This document shows, one piece after another, positions 47,895-56,260 of a stretch of 64,000 nt of DNA (positions within the stretch are counted from its first letter, which is position 1; every line of letters begins with the position of its first letter). Under the pieces are notes generated by a model. It was not told the origin of the DNA and did no database searches. It saw only the letters and a program-made list of their open reading frames with translations. The DNA comes from Escherichia phage vB-Eco-KMB43, in sequence record OR525698.1, one strand, 5' to 3'. Both the position numbers and the translations under genes were made by a program.

Positions 47895-48296
47895 TTAAGA
47901 CAGTCGAGTGAGTTTATAAATTGTTTTAAAACATAGAGCTTTGATATCGTCTAAAACGCTCTGTAACGAGCTATCAACATCATTATAAATCTCACTAGCC
48001 ATTTGCGTTAACTCTTGCAAATAGGCAATTTCGCTAATCTCCTTGCGGACGACCAACGTTGGCTGATAACGACCAGTGATCCCAATATTGGTTTCAGTGA
48101 AATCATCAACCAATTCTTGCATTTCAAGATAGAACTCTTCTAGAGCCTTATGTTTTGCATAAGATCCAGGACCAGTTACCCCAAAATGCGCAGAATGCAT
48201 ATAAGTAACACTCATCAGACATTCACCGATAAAGCGGTCAACTTTATTAGCTTTCCCCTCTTCGGACGTCTTTCGAAAATCACTGAATTTCATGTT
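47895..48296 (-). CDS. hypothetical protein (about 133 aa)
   Basis: ATG at 48296 (MKFSDFRK) after GGAGAATCGAGAAC; track ORF has an N-terminal extension. Confidence 0.4.
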   Translation of the reverse strand, partial: NMKFSDFRKTSEEGKANKVDRFIGECLMSVTYMHSAHFGVTGPGSYAKHKALEEFYLEMQELVDDFTETNIGITGRYQPTLVVRKEISEIAYLQELTQMASEIYNDVDSSLQSVLDDIKALCFKTIYKLTRLS

Positions 48297-48582
48297 CTCG
48301 ATTCTCCATATTATGCAACATAACAAACTGTTGTGCGGCATATTCCCCCATAATAAAACACTGCTTAGAATCCATACATTTACTACGAGCATACATCTTC
48401 ATAATATGGGCATGAAATTTCTGGCTGGTTTCAATGGAAGGAGATATTTTGTTTACATATACTATCATTGCGCCGTCGAAATAATCAGTAAAGTCACCAG
48501 TTGGATCATATTGATCAGCACTGACACTTCCGACCGCAGTCAAGCATATTGCCGCTGTTAGAGTTTTACGAATAAATGACAT
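48280..48582 (-). CDS. secreted protein with signal peptide (100 aa)
   Basis: N-terminal signal-like MSFIRKTLTAAICLTAVGSVSA; TATAAATA late-promoter motif 34 nt upstream. Confidence 0.4.
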   Translation of the reverse strand: MSFIRKTLTAAICLTAVGSVSADQYDPTGDFTDYFDGAMIVYVNKISPSIETSQKFHAHIMKMYARSKCMDSKQCFIMGEYAAQQFVMLHNMENREHEIQ

Positions 48583-48615
48583 AAGTCATTCCCCCAGATT
48601 AAAAATATTCAGTTA

Positions 48616-48623
48616 TATTTATA
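48616..48623 (-). promoter_or_regulatory. T4-type late promoter motif TATAAATA
   Basis: 34 nt upstream of secreted-protein ORF start at 48582. Confidence 0.4.
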
Positions 48624-48650
48624 ATCTGGGGCTTTATTTATGATTAACTC

Positions 48651-49247
48651 TTATTTGGTAGTACCGTCAATAAAATGTTTACGACACACAGAAACATATT
48701 TATCCTCTGCACCAACTTCTATTTGAGCACCATCGCGAATAACATTACCATCTTTATCTACGCGAAGGACCATAGTCGCTTTCTTGCCACAATGACAAAT
48801 ACCCTTCATTTCGACCAGTTTATCAGCAAATGCCATTAATGCCGTAGATCCTTCAAATAGATTGCCCTGAAAGTCAGTGCGAAGGCCATAGCACAGTACA
48901 GGGATATTAGCATCATCAACAAGCGCACACAAGCCTAAAACATGCTCTTTAGTCATAAATTGGGCTTCGTCTACAAAAACTGCATCTGGACGCCATCGAT
49001 CCGGTCTACGCTTACCTAACGATTCACGATAAACCAAGTCGAAAAGATCATCCGATTTAGTGAAGGTGATCGCTGGAGCACTTAGGCCAATTCGGGAAAC
49101 GACTTCACTTTCTGAATCTCGATTATCAATCGCTGGCTTAAGAATTAATACTCGCATATCACGTTCGGTATAGTTATAAGCACTTTGTAACAGAGAAGTT
49201 GATTTGCCAGCGTTCATAGATGCATAGTAGAAATATAATTGCGCCAT
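48651..49247 (-). CDS. tk: thymidine kinase
   Basis: 198 aa; near-identical motifs to T4 Tk (AMNAGKS, VFVDEAQF, YGLRTDF, CHCGKKA). Confidence 0.9.
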   Translation of the reverse strand: MAQLYFYYASMNAGKSTSLLQSAYNYTERDMRVLILKPAIDNRDSESEVVSRIGLSAPAITFTKSDDLFDLVYRESLGKRRPDRWRPDAVFVDEAQFMTKEHVLGLCALVDDANIPVLCYGLRTDFQGNLFEGSTALMAFADKLVEMKGICHCGKKATMVLRVDKDGNVIRDGAQIEVGAEDKYVSVCRKHFIDGTTK

Positions 49248-49540
49248 TAATTAATCTCCAAAAATCCAACAAGGCCTAAACCGATATAAGTCCAGATACC
49301 AATGAAAAAGATGTTAATGCTCATGGCAAGGATAAACCCTTTCAGAGTTTTGGGATACCCGACCCAATATTCCCGACCATCTTCTAACCGGATCAACTTA
49401 TTGCCTTGCGAGTCCATATCAACTACAACATGTTTATTTCGAGATTGCAATAGATATTGTTTTACAATCTCTACACCCGCCATAATAACAATAACGAAAA
49501 TAAAAGTCCACACAACAAGATTAATGATAGTCTCAAGCAT
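49247..49540 (-). CDS. membrane protein (97 aa)
   Basis: two hydrophobic helices. Confidence 0.35.
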   Translation of the reverse strand: MLETIINLVVWTFIFVIVIMAGVEIVKQYLLQSRNKHVVVDMDSQGNKLIRLEDGREYWVGYPKTLKGFILAMSINIFFIGIWTYIGLGLVGFLEIN

Positions 49541-49775
49541 TTTCTATCACCTCCACCCAATCAGGTGTTTCCTGAAAGACTCCTTCACCTTCATGATGGT
49601 CGCAACCTTTATTGCTGCAATACATCCACCAATCCCACATTCCCCACGGTAAACGCTGCATATCGTCGTTACAGCAAGTGAAGATAATAGGCCAACCACA
49701 TCTAACACATCGGCAGTTTTCCTTCATGTGTGCGGTATTAGGCTTCTTCATAGATGACTCCAATATAATCGACAT
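49533..49775 (-). CDS. Cys-rich zinc-binding protein (80 aa)
   Basis: CRCVRCGW...FTCCNDD...CSNKGCDHHEG. Confidence 0.35.
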   Translation of the reverse strand: MSIILESSMKKPNTAHMKENCRCVRCGWPIIFTCCNDDMQRLPWGMWDWWMYCSNKGCDHHEGEGVFQETPDWVEVIENA

Positions 49776-49978
49776 TTACATTTAGGGCAATGCGGTTCTT
49801 TAATATAATACCCGTCTGTCTTTGGAACACTAACAGGAGCGGTTTTTATATTGTATTCAGTGAAACAACGAAAACAAGTTACGTTTTCTACAGACTGACG
49901 TTTCACCCAATCACCGGAATATAGATCATTTTTATTTGTCATATTCAACCACCACAATGTTAATGTCTGGAGTAGCAA
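49748..49978 (-). CDS. zinc-ribbon protein (76 aa)
   Basis: CFRCF...CPKCKC. Confidence 0.3.
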   Translation of the reverse strand: MLLQTLTLWWLNMTNKNDLYSGDWVKRQSVENVTCFRCFTEYNIKTAPVSVPKTDGYYIKEPHCPKCKCRLYWSHL

Positions 49979-50387
49979 TATTAATGATCTCTTCTACACA
50001 TTCCCACTCAAGGCCACCGATACCGCAACCGATTTTAGGAATATAGAAAGGCTGTATAGCACCTTCAAAAACATCATTGATAGTCTCAAATCCTTTCAGG
50101 ATAGCACCATATTCAGCATTTGGACCCGGTCGGAATTGGGTATAGAGATTCACCCCGCACCAGTTATAACCATTAACTTGATGCGTCCAGACACTAAACC
50201 CACCCAGCTTTTCTACCTTACCGCGAGAAGTTTGCTTGTCAATCTCTAACGCTTGCGGGAACTCTTTCGCGATCTTTGCAGCAATACCAGCGCCCATAGT
50301 ATGAAAACAATTACAACCATGAATTAAATGACCGTTTCCTTGTTTAAACAGGGCGATGAGATCGCCCTTTACAGTATCAATAATCAT
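49932..50387 (-). CDS. macro domain protein, TARG1/DarG-like (ADP-ribose hydrolase family)
   Basis: 151 aa; LIHGCNCFHTMGAGIAAKIAKEFP matches the H-C-x-x-x-M-G-A-G-I-A signature of TARG1-type macro domains. Confidence 0.6.
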   Translation of the reverse strand: MIIDTVKGDLIALFKQGNGHLIHGCNCFHTMGAGIAAKIAKEFPQALEIDKQTSRGKVEKLGGFSVWTHQVNGYNWCGVNLYTQFRPGPNAEYGAILKGFETINDVFEGAIQPFYIPKIGCGIGGLEWECVEEIINIATPDINIVVVEYDK

Positions 50388-50402
50388 AATATAAACCTCT
50401 CA

Positions 50403-50762
50403 TTAGTCACGGGAAGACAACCCAGCCATAAAACGGCTTAACAGTGTGTCGCGATAAGCAAAGCATAATTGCTTATCAGGGGCAGTATCACAAAGGTTGC
50501 GTTTTGTTTTAGCAAAGCTGGCAATACTCAGATCCCATGCTCGATTTTTTCGTTTTTCGTCTCGACCTTGTTTGTATGCTTCGTCGAGTTCAAGTGCGAT
50601 AAAATCACTACACATGTTATCATCATCACAGAAAGTTTTAATGATCTTTTTGTTGATCTCAAATCCTTTGTATTCGAACTTTGGATAAGGGCGCTCATTA
50701 CTAGCAAGCGCACCAGCCGAGAACATCATAGCAATCATAGCAATTATTGTCAACTTTTTCAT
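50403..50762 (-). CDS. secreted/periplasmic protein (119 aa)
   Basis: signal peptide MKKLTIIAMIAMMFSAGALA; several Cys. Confidence 0.4.
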   Translation of the reverse strand: MKKLTIIAMIAMMFSAGALASNERPYPKFEYKGFEINKKIIKTFCDDDNMCSDFIALELDEAYKQGRDEKRKNRAWDLSIASFAKTKRNLCDTAPDKQLCFAYRDTLLSRFMAGLSSRD

Positions 50763-50769
50763 ATATTCC

Positions 50770-51360
50770 TCAATAGCGTTTAGTCTTAAGAATGCCTTTA
50801 CTCTTTAGATGGTTAGCCTTTTTTAGTACGTCATCAGCATAACCTAATCCGGCTTTATAGTTCCATCCAGCATTGTAAGAAGCTAGCGCGAGTCGGATAT
50901 TACCGTTTCGAACATCCAGCCAGTATGCTAACTCATCCATCGCGTAGAATGCAGAAACCTCGCGATTCATGATAAAGTTGATAGTCTGGCGATCACTCAT
51001 TTTAACACCGCGCTTTGCATTTTTCGCTTTCACCGTTTTAAGGTAATTTTGAAATAATCCATAAGCATGATGATTTTTCTTTGGTGCTAAGTTTGCACCC
51101 GCGCTTGATTCTTGCCATGCGATACCCGCCAGGATGTGACCTAAACCCTTTCCGTTATAGCGAATATTCGGATGGTCCTTTTTCAACTTACCGCTTTTCT
51201 CGAATTGCTCGCCGTATTGATAGGCGAAATGTAAATTATCTAGTTGGTGTGCTGTAAAGTTGTCTATCGGCGCTTTTTTGATCGGTGCGCTAGTCGATGC
51301 GTGTGTAGCACCAACGGCTAGTGACAGACTCAATACTATCGCTTTTAGAACTTTTAACAT
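50770..51360 (-). CDS. secreted lytic transglycosylase-like protein (SLT domain)
   Basis: signal peptide; AWQESS, YGLFQ and SYNAG motifs typical of the SLT family. Confidence 0.6.
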   Translation of the reverse strand: MLKVLKAIVLSLSLAVGATHASTSAPIKKAPIDNFTAHQLDNLHFAYQYGEQFEKSGKLKKDHPNIRYNGKGLGHILAGIAWQESSAGANLAPKKNHHAYGLFQNYLKTVKAKNAKRGVKMSDRQTINFIMNREVSAFYAMDELAYWLDVRNGNIRLALASYNAGWNYKAGLGYADDVLKKANHLKSKGILKTKRY

Positions 51361-51446
51361 TAATTTCTCCTGTTTGGCTTAACTTTCTGATTCCATAATA
51401 TAGCCCTATCACCAGAAAGTCAAGCATTATTTTTAACCAATTTCCA

Positions 51447-51869
51447 TTATTGGTCTACCTTCAAAACAACCGCCGACATTTTACCCGCCAGTCGTTTTGG
51501 ATTCTCTATAATCATTCGACAGCATAGACCGTGATACGGCTTGCCGTCTTCAATTAGGTCTACTGTCATCCCGATCCACATGTTACCGTCAGTAATTTCT
51601 AATCGATTAGGTCGGTCTTCCATTTTCAGGAAGTCGAAGATCTCCGGCAAACGAGTTTCTATCTTATTGAATAGTTCCATTGTCTTATGTTCATCGATAT
51701 GACGATCGGTTAGACGGTCGATCATATGCGGACTAAAGCGAATAAAAATATACTCACCATAACCATCATTCAAACACTTTTCTTTGATCTGCGCATTGGT
51801 TTTGCGCATTTCGGTTTCGAAGAATCTACGCAGCTTACTACGGCGAACATGTACGTTAATTGTTTCCAT
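51447..51869 (-). CDS. regB: RegB site-specific endoribonuclease
   Basis: RRSKLRRFFE, RLEITDGNMW, CRMII..RLAGK align with T4 RegB; ATG at 51869. Confidence 0.8.
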   Translation of the reverse strand: METINVHVRRSKLRRFFETEMRKTNAQIKEKCLNDGYGEYIFIRFSPHMIDRLTDRHIDEHKTMELFNKIETRLPEIFDFLKMEDRPNRLEITDGNMWIGMTVDLIEDGKPYHGLCCRMIIENPKRLAGKMSAVVLKVDQ

Positions 51870-51873
51870 TTTA

Positions 51874-52209
51874 TTATCCTTTCTTAAACAAATTGCGAAT
51901 CCAGTATACAAACGGGATTTCTTTAAACTTGAACTTGTCAATAGTTAATTCTTTAGTAGCAAGATGAATACCATAAGCATCATGTGTAACTATATGCCAT
52001 TTTCTATAGTCCAAATGTGAACAACCGTCTGGATCTAGGTTAATAAGAGTTTCTCTCTCACTAGGATTATTTTTCCACAATTTTGTAATAGGATCGCACA
52101 TAATTCGACCTAGCGTACCATGAATAATCTCACAACGGTAAAGTTTTCCAGCAGTGAGATAGGCGCACCCGTCATAGTCGGTATAAACAAACACTTCTTT
52201 AACACTCAT
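51874..52209 (-). CDS. paralog family C member (about 111 aa)
   Basis: DPDGCSHLDYRKWHIV shared with 52270-52706; ATG at 52209 after promoter-hairpin cassette. Confidence 0.4.
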   Translation of the reverse strand: MSVKEVFVYTDYDGCAYLTAGKLYRCEIIHGTLGRIMCDPITKLWKNNPSERETLINLDPDGCSHLDYRKWHIVTHDAYGIHLATKELTIDKFKFKEIPFVYWIRNLFKKG

Positions 52210-52240
52210 TTTAATACTCCTTTGTTGTTTCGATGGGGGT

Positions 52241-52269
52241 ATATTACTACCCCCGATCATGTGTGTCAA
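52241..52269 (-). promoter_or_regulatory. promoter-hairpin cassette (TTGACA; TAATAT in loop of GGGGGTA/TACCCCC stem)
   Basis: same architecture as family at 60748-60776. Confidence 0.45.
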
Positions 52270-52530
52270 CTACTTTTTCAAGATTTTTTTGATTGCATTC
52301 CAAAGACCTTTATTTCCAGGTTGTTTTGGTTCTTCGATCAGTGTCCATGTTCGACCGTCTAAGTGTGCACAATTTTTAAGACAAATAAAAATCTGGTGTC
52401 CCTTATCATCACGGATATAACCACTATTCGCAAATCTTTCATGTGGTGTATATTCATACAGTGTATTAGGTGTAATATACTTGCGGTTACTATAAGGTGT
52501 CATCACATACATCATGGTACTAACTCCCAA
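52270..52530 (-). CDS. paralog family C member (86 aa)
   Basis: YEYTP...GYIRDDKGHQIFICLKNCAHLDGRTWTL. Confidence 0.4.
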   Translation of the reverse strand: MGVSTMMYVMTPYSNRKYITPNTLYEYTPHERFANSGYIRDDKGHQIFICLKNCAHLDGRTWTLIEEPKQPGNKGLWNAIKKILKK

Positions 52531-52706
52531 TTATCACCGCGAAGATGAGAACATCCACCATCAAGAAGGATCGTAATACGATAACCTATATCATCTTTGA
52601 TGTAACCGATTGTCGGTGGATTTTCGTAGTCTCGTGTCGGGGTAAAATCATACATCTTTCCTGGCGTAATATCTTGTCCTTTATTGCTATTGGTATAAAC
52701 TTTCAT
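52512..52706 (-). CDS. paralog family C member (64 aa)
   Basis: YDFTP...GYIKDDIGYRITILLDGGCSHLRGDNWEL. Confidence 0.4.
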   Translation of the reverse strand: MKVYTNSNKGQDITPGKMYDFTPTRDYENPPTIGYIKDDIGYRITILLDGGCSHLRGDNWELVP

Positions 52707-52727
52707 TTTCTTAATCTCCTATATTAA

Positions 52728-53426
52728 CTAACCACGGGTATAGTGTTCCAGAACAACTGTCAGATGAATATATTCTAATAAATCTTTCCAAAAGTCAACA
52801 TCTGGTTCTTCCGGCATACCGTTTTTCTTTGCCTCTTCACGAGCGAGTTTAACACGCTCGTAGAGATCTTTCAATTCTTCCCGCACATTATCAAAGGTTC
52901 TTTCTCCTAACTTACACGCTAAAATAGAAGAACGTCGCGCGAGCGGGAATTGTAGATCACCTGTCTGATAGATTTCAAGTAGCTGATAACCAACACGCAG
53001 AGCATGAGAAAGATCTTTCCAGTTACTGAAATACTTTTCAGATTTGGCTACCTGCTTTTTGAGATAGCCAGACAAACCCCACATACCAACATGATAGAAT
53101 TTATCTCGATGTGTTCGGATGTATTCCCATTCTCTGGAGGATTCAATCAACATGTTACTAGGAGCGTGCACCATGTCAATAGCGCCGATATCGCCTTTAC
53201 ATGCCAGATTGATAAACCGTTTTAGACTGAACATATTAACATCAATATCGTCTTTGGTGTTCTTGATACCTTGACCGCTAGTGCTTTGGTCATAGTGTTC
53301 TTTCATCGATCCTAAGATAATTTCTTTCGCAGTCGGAACAAAGATACCACGATAATCTTTATCGGAATTTTCAGTATCAAGGCCGTATAAGTGAGATCCG
53401 AAGACCATTTTAACCATTGTATGCAT
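52728..53426 (-). CDS. polymerase-beta superfamily nucleotidyltransferase (232 aa)
   Basis: N-terminal FGSHLYGLDTENSDKDYRGIF fits the GS-x(9-13)-DxD minimal NTase signature. Confidence 0.55.
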   Translation of the reverse strand: MHTMVKMVFGSHLYGLDTENSDKDYRGIFVPTAKEIILGSMKEHYDQSTSGQGIKNTKDDIDVNMFSLKRFINLACKGDIGAIDMVHAPSNMLIESSREWEYIRTHRDKFYHVGMWGLSGYLKKQVAKSEKYFSNWKDLSHALRVGYQLLEIYQTGDLQFPLARRSSILACKLGERTFDNVREELKDLYERVKLAREEAKKNGMPEEPDVDFWKDLLEYIHLTVVLEHYTRG

Positions 53427-53469
53427 AATTAAACCCTCAGTTGATTAAGAGATTGCATCATATCATCAT

Positions 53470-53500
53470 AAAACGAAAAAGCCAACCCTTTTCGGATTGG
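53470..53500 (-). terminator. rho-independent terminator after grcA
   Basis: AGCCAATCC-GAAAA-GGGTTGGCT hairpin then TTTTTCGTTTT. Confidence 0.6.
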
Positions 53501-53512
53501 CTTGATGAAAAA

Positions 53513-53929
53513 TTAGAGAGATTCGGTAAAGGTACGAGCGATAACATCACGTTGCTGGTCTGGAGTCAGACTATTGAAGCGCACTGCGTAACCAGAAACG
53601 CGAATTGTAAGCTGCGGGTACTTCTCAGGATGTTCAACAGCGTCCAGCAACATTTCTCGTAACAATACGTTAACATTCAAATGCTGACCACCTTCGACAA
53701 CCGGAGCACCATTATCTACAATCACCGGACGGAAGCTAGTTGTGTGCAGTGCCAGCGAATCGACGTCTTCTGCGGTGATCACATGGTCTTCTGCGAAAGT
53801 TTTACTAACAATTACTTTAGCGCCGATCAGTGCTTTCGGTTCGGATACCAGAATCATAGGCGCGAAGTGTCCACCAATAATAGTACCTTTATGTTCACCT
53901 TTCATGATTTGAATTGCTTTAAATTCCAT
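53513..53929 (-). CDS. grcA: autonomous glycyl radical cofactor, GrcA/YfiD-like
   Basis: C-terminal [11 protein letters not shown]...[39 protein letters not shown] is near-identical to E. coli YfiD. Confidence 0.85.
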   Translation of the reverse strand: MEFKAIQIMKGEHKGTIIGGHFAPMILVSEPKALIGAKVIVSKTFAEDHVITAEDVDSLALHTTSFRPVIVDNGAPVVEGGQHLNVNVLLREMLLDAVEHPEKYPQLTIRVSGYAVRFNSLTPDQQRDVIARTFTESL

Positions 53930-54064
53930 AATTCACCTCTTATAGATCAGGACGTTCGTCATTAATTTTACCAACCAAAACACCATAGAGTTTATCAGGT
54001 TGGACTTTACGATTCTTATTGATTTTAGCACGGAATCGACGAGCTACGCTATCTTTATTTTTCA

Positions 54065-54556
54065 TTAGTTGATACCTAAGCCAATGAAAATAGGTTGGTC
54101 TTCTACATTACCCATCCCAACACTAAGTCGATTTACTTCTAAAAACTGCAATACGCTGTCAGTAAATCCGCGCATGGTAGTATCTAGGATAAAAATTGTT
54201 TTGTCAAGACTACGACCTCGCCATGTGATCGGATTCAGGAAAGTTCGGATCGACGTACAATCTACATTTGAAATATTTACATTTTCACCGCGACCGCGAT
54301 CTCGGATCGTTTTGGCATGTCCCCGCGTCGTTGAAACGATAAAGACACTATAGCCTTTTCTCGTATAATGGTCATATAACTTGATTGTAGCGTCTGTATG
54401 CCCTGTCTGACGGCCTAAATTGATTGAGACAATGGAATCTAGGTCATCAGCAAAATTGCGTCGCTTACGGCGTTCTATGATGCAATTTACGGCAGAAATA
54501 CACGCAGCATAAATCAAATCTTTACTTTCTAATTCTAAATCAATGTCAATATTCAT
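54065..54556 (-). CDS. hypothetical protein (163 aa)
   Basis: ORF; basic RRKRRN patch; no motif recognised. Confidence 0.4.
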   Translation of the reverse strand: MNIDIDLELESKDLIYAACISAVNCIIERRKRRNFADDLDSIVSINLGRQTGHTDATIKLYDHYTRKGYSVFIVSTTRGHAKTIRDRGRGENVNISNVDCTSIRTFLNPITWRGRSLDKTIFILDTTMRGFTDSVLQFLEVNRLSVGMGNVEDQPIFIGLGIN

Positions 54557-54618
54557 GGTAAAGTCTCCAGTGAACGGGGAGAGATCCTTAGATTGTCTCC
54601 CCGTTGATGGTTAATATT

Positions 54619-55194
54619 TTATTTTGGATCTGGGAAATTCAATAGAGCATATTCTCCATAAAATTTCCTAGCTGCATTATCATAAGCGATTGCAGCTTCG
54701 ATTTCTGTGTCATATTGTCCAAGAACATGTCTTTGTAGGTTGACCATTATACTAGCTCTCCATTTCTTACGCAAATCCTTCCTGTTACACTTACTAACAC
54801 CCTTATACACACTAGAAAACTTTTTAGACTTCTTCTTTCTATTATGTTGATTTTGCGCGTCGGTTGCCTCCCTAAGATTTGGAGGATTGTTATTAGCAGG
54901 ATTACCGTCAATATGATCAATTAATCTAACTTGCGTCCCATGTTCTAGAAACCAAACAACCCTATGCACGAATAAATGAACTCTAGGAAGACCGTCATCT
55001 CTACTATGCCAAAATCGAAGATGACCATCTTTATTTGTTCTGACTTTAACTAAATCGCCGTGTTTATATCTACTCCCTAATGGTCGTCCTTTGATAGCTT
55101 TACTATCGACTCTATAATATAAGATACCCTCTATATGAGCATATCTAAGTTTTATCTCGTTTTGTAGGGATTCATCCCAATATTTAAAAGCCAT
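54619..55194 (-). CDS. HNH homing endonuclease with AP2-like domain
   Basis: HRVVWFLEHG...IDHIDGNPANNNPPNLREAT HNH motif; YKGVS...GQYDTEIEAAIAYDNAARKFYG AP2-like module. Confidence 0.75.
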   Translation of the reverse strand: MAFKYWDESLQNEIKLRYAHIEGILYYRVDSKAIKGRPLGSRYKHGDLVKVRTNKDGHLRFWHSRDDGLPRVHLFVHRVVWFLEHGTQVRLIDHIDGNPANNNPPNLREATDAQNQHNRKKKSKKFSSVYKGVSKCNRKDLRKKWRASIMVNLQRHVLGQYDTEIEAAIAYDNAARKFYGEYALLNFPDPK

Positions 55195-55239
55195 TTTATA
55201 ATCCTCACAAAGCCAGCGATTAAGCTGGCTTGATTTTAG

Positions 55240-55629
55240 TTATACCGGGTCTGGATATACCTTTTTATCGAGTTCCATATGCGGTCCGTCTTTAAAAGTA
55301 ACCCAATCAACACCGCAGATAACAGGAACACCCAATTCTCGACCAGCTTGTTTAAATGCATCCGCGATCATGCGGTAGTATTTCATGTTCCATGTATCCT
55401 TATCTTTCGGATACGCTACAACGTCAACCGCGAAACCGTGAAGATGACGAGATTTCATAGTCTTAGATTTACCTTCCGCAACATATTTCTTTTGCGTTTC
55501 TAGACTACGTACACCTTCCGTAATACCAAAATCGACCGGAGTCAGTTCTAACGCACGATGAACGACTTTTACCAGGTCAGGATGCACACCAACAAGCCGA
55601 TCTTTGCTTCTTTGAGATAATTTAAACAT
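55240..55629 (-). CDS. endolysin, L-alanyl-D-glutamate peptidase (M15/VanY-like)
   Basis: SRHLHGFAVDV...DGPHMEL zinc-binding H..D..H pattern; resembles phage T5-type endolysin. Confidence 0.7.
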   Translation of the reverse strand: MFKLSQRSKDRLVGVHPDLVKVVHRALELTPVDFGITEGVRSLETQKKYVAEGKSKTMKSRHLHGFAVDVVAYPKDKDTWNMKYYRMIADAFKQAGRELGVPVICGVDWVTFKDGPHMELDKKVYPDPV

Positions 55630-55657
55630 TATTCACCCCCTTTGTGAGTGATAATAT

Positions 55658-55849
55658 TTAGATTCCGGCGATCCTGCATAGAGTTCTTGTATTAGCACCA
55701 ATAAGGATAGCATTAACGACAACCATTCCCCAATCAACCCACGGATTATTATAAATGCTAAATCCGTTTGCTAGGCCAAATACAAGCATTCCGGTACACA
55801 TACTCAGAGCAATAATCAACATCACGGTAAAACCAAATGCAAATCTCAT
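55658..55849 (-). CDS. small membrane protein (63 aa)
   Basis: two TM helices. Confidence 0.35.
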   Translation of the reverse strand: MRFAFGFTVMLIIALSMCTGMLVFGLANGFSIYNNPWVDWGMVVVNAILIGANTRTLCRIAGI

Positions 55850-55850
55850 A

Positions 55851-56117
55851 TTATTTTCCTTTTCTCTGTTTACGTTTATAAAAGTAATACATTACCTCAT
55901 CGCGTCCGGTGATCCAACATGCTAGGGCGGTAAACAGGTTTACAATTCCCAACACACCTACGGATGCGGCGCTGTCAACAGACATAGGAACAGTAAAGGC
56001 CATAGCTAACATAGCAACGCCACAAATGACATTAAGCACCATTATAATAAGACCGAAGAAAACCATTGTCAATCCTCCGACACAAGAAAACCAACAATCA
56101 CGCCAGTGATAAGACAT
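55851..56117 (-). CDS. small membrane protein (88 aa)
   Basis: two or three TM helices, basic C-terminus. Confidence 0.35.
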   Translation of the reverse strand: MSYHWRDCWFSCVGGLTMVFFGLIIMVLNVICGVAMLAMAFTVPMSVDSAASVGVLGIVNLFTALACWITGRDEVMYYFYKRKQRKGK

Positions 56118-56260
56118 GATGCGCCGCTAATCAGACAACCCGCACCAAGTGATTCCCACCAGATCAGAGAAGCGACAATAACACAGAATCCCCACACTAC
56201 CGCAATCACAACATAGGCAAGGGTCGCCCAAAACATATATTTGTTCATAATAAATCCCAT
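56069..56260 (-). CDS. small membrane protein (63 aa)
   Basis: two TM helices. Confidence 0.3.
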   Translation of the reverse strand: MGFIMNKYMFWATLAYVVIAVVWGFCVIVASLIWWESLGAGCLISGASCLITGVIVGFLVSED

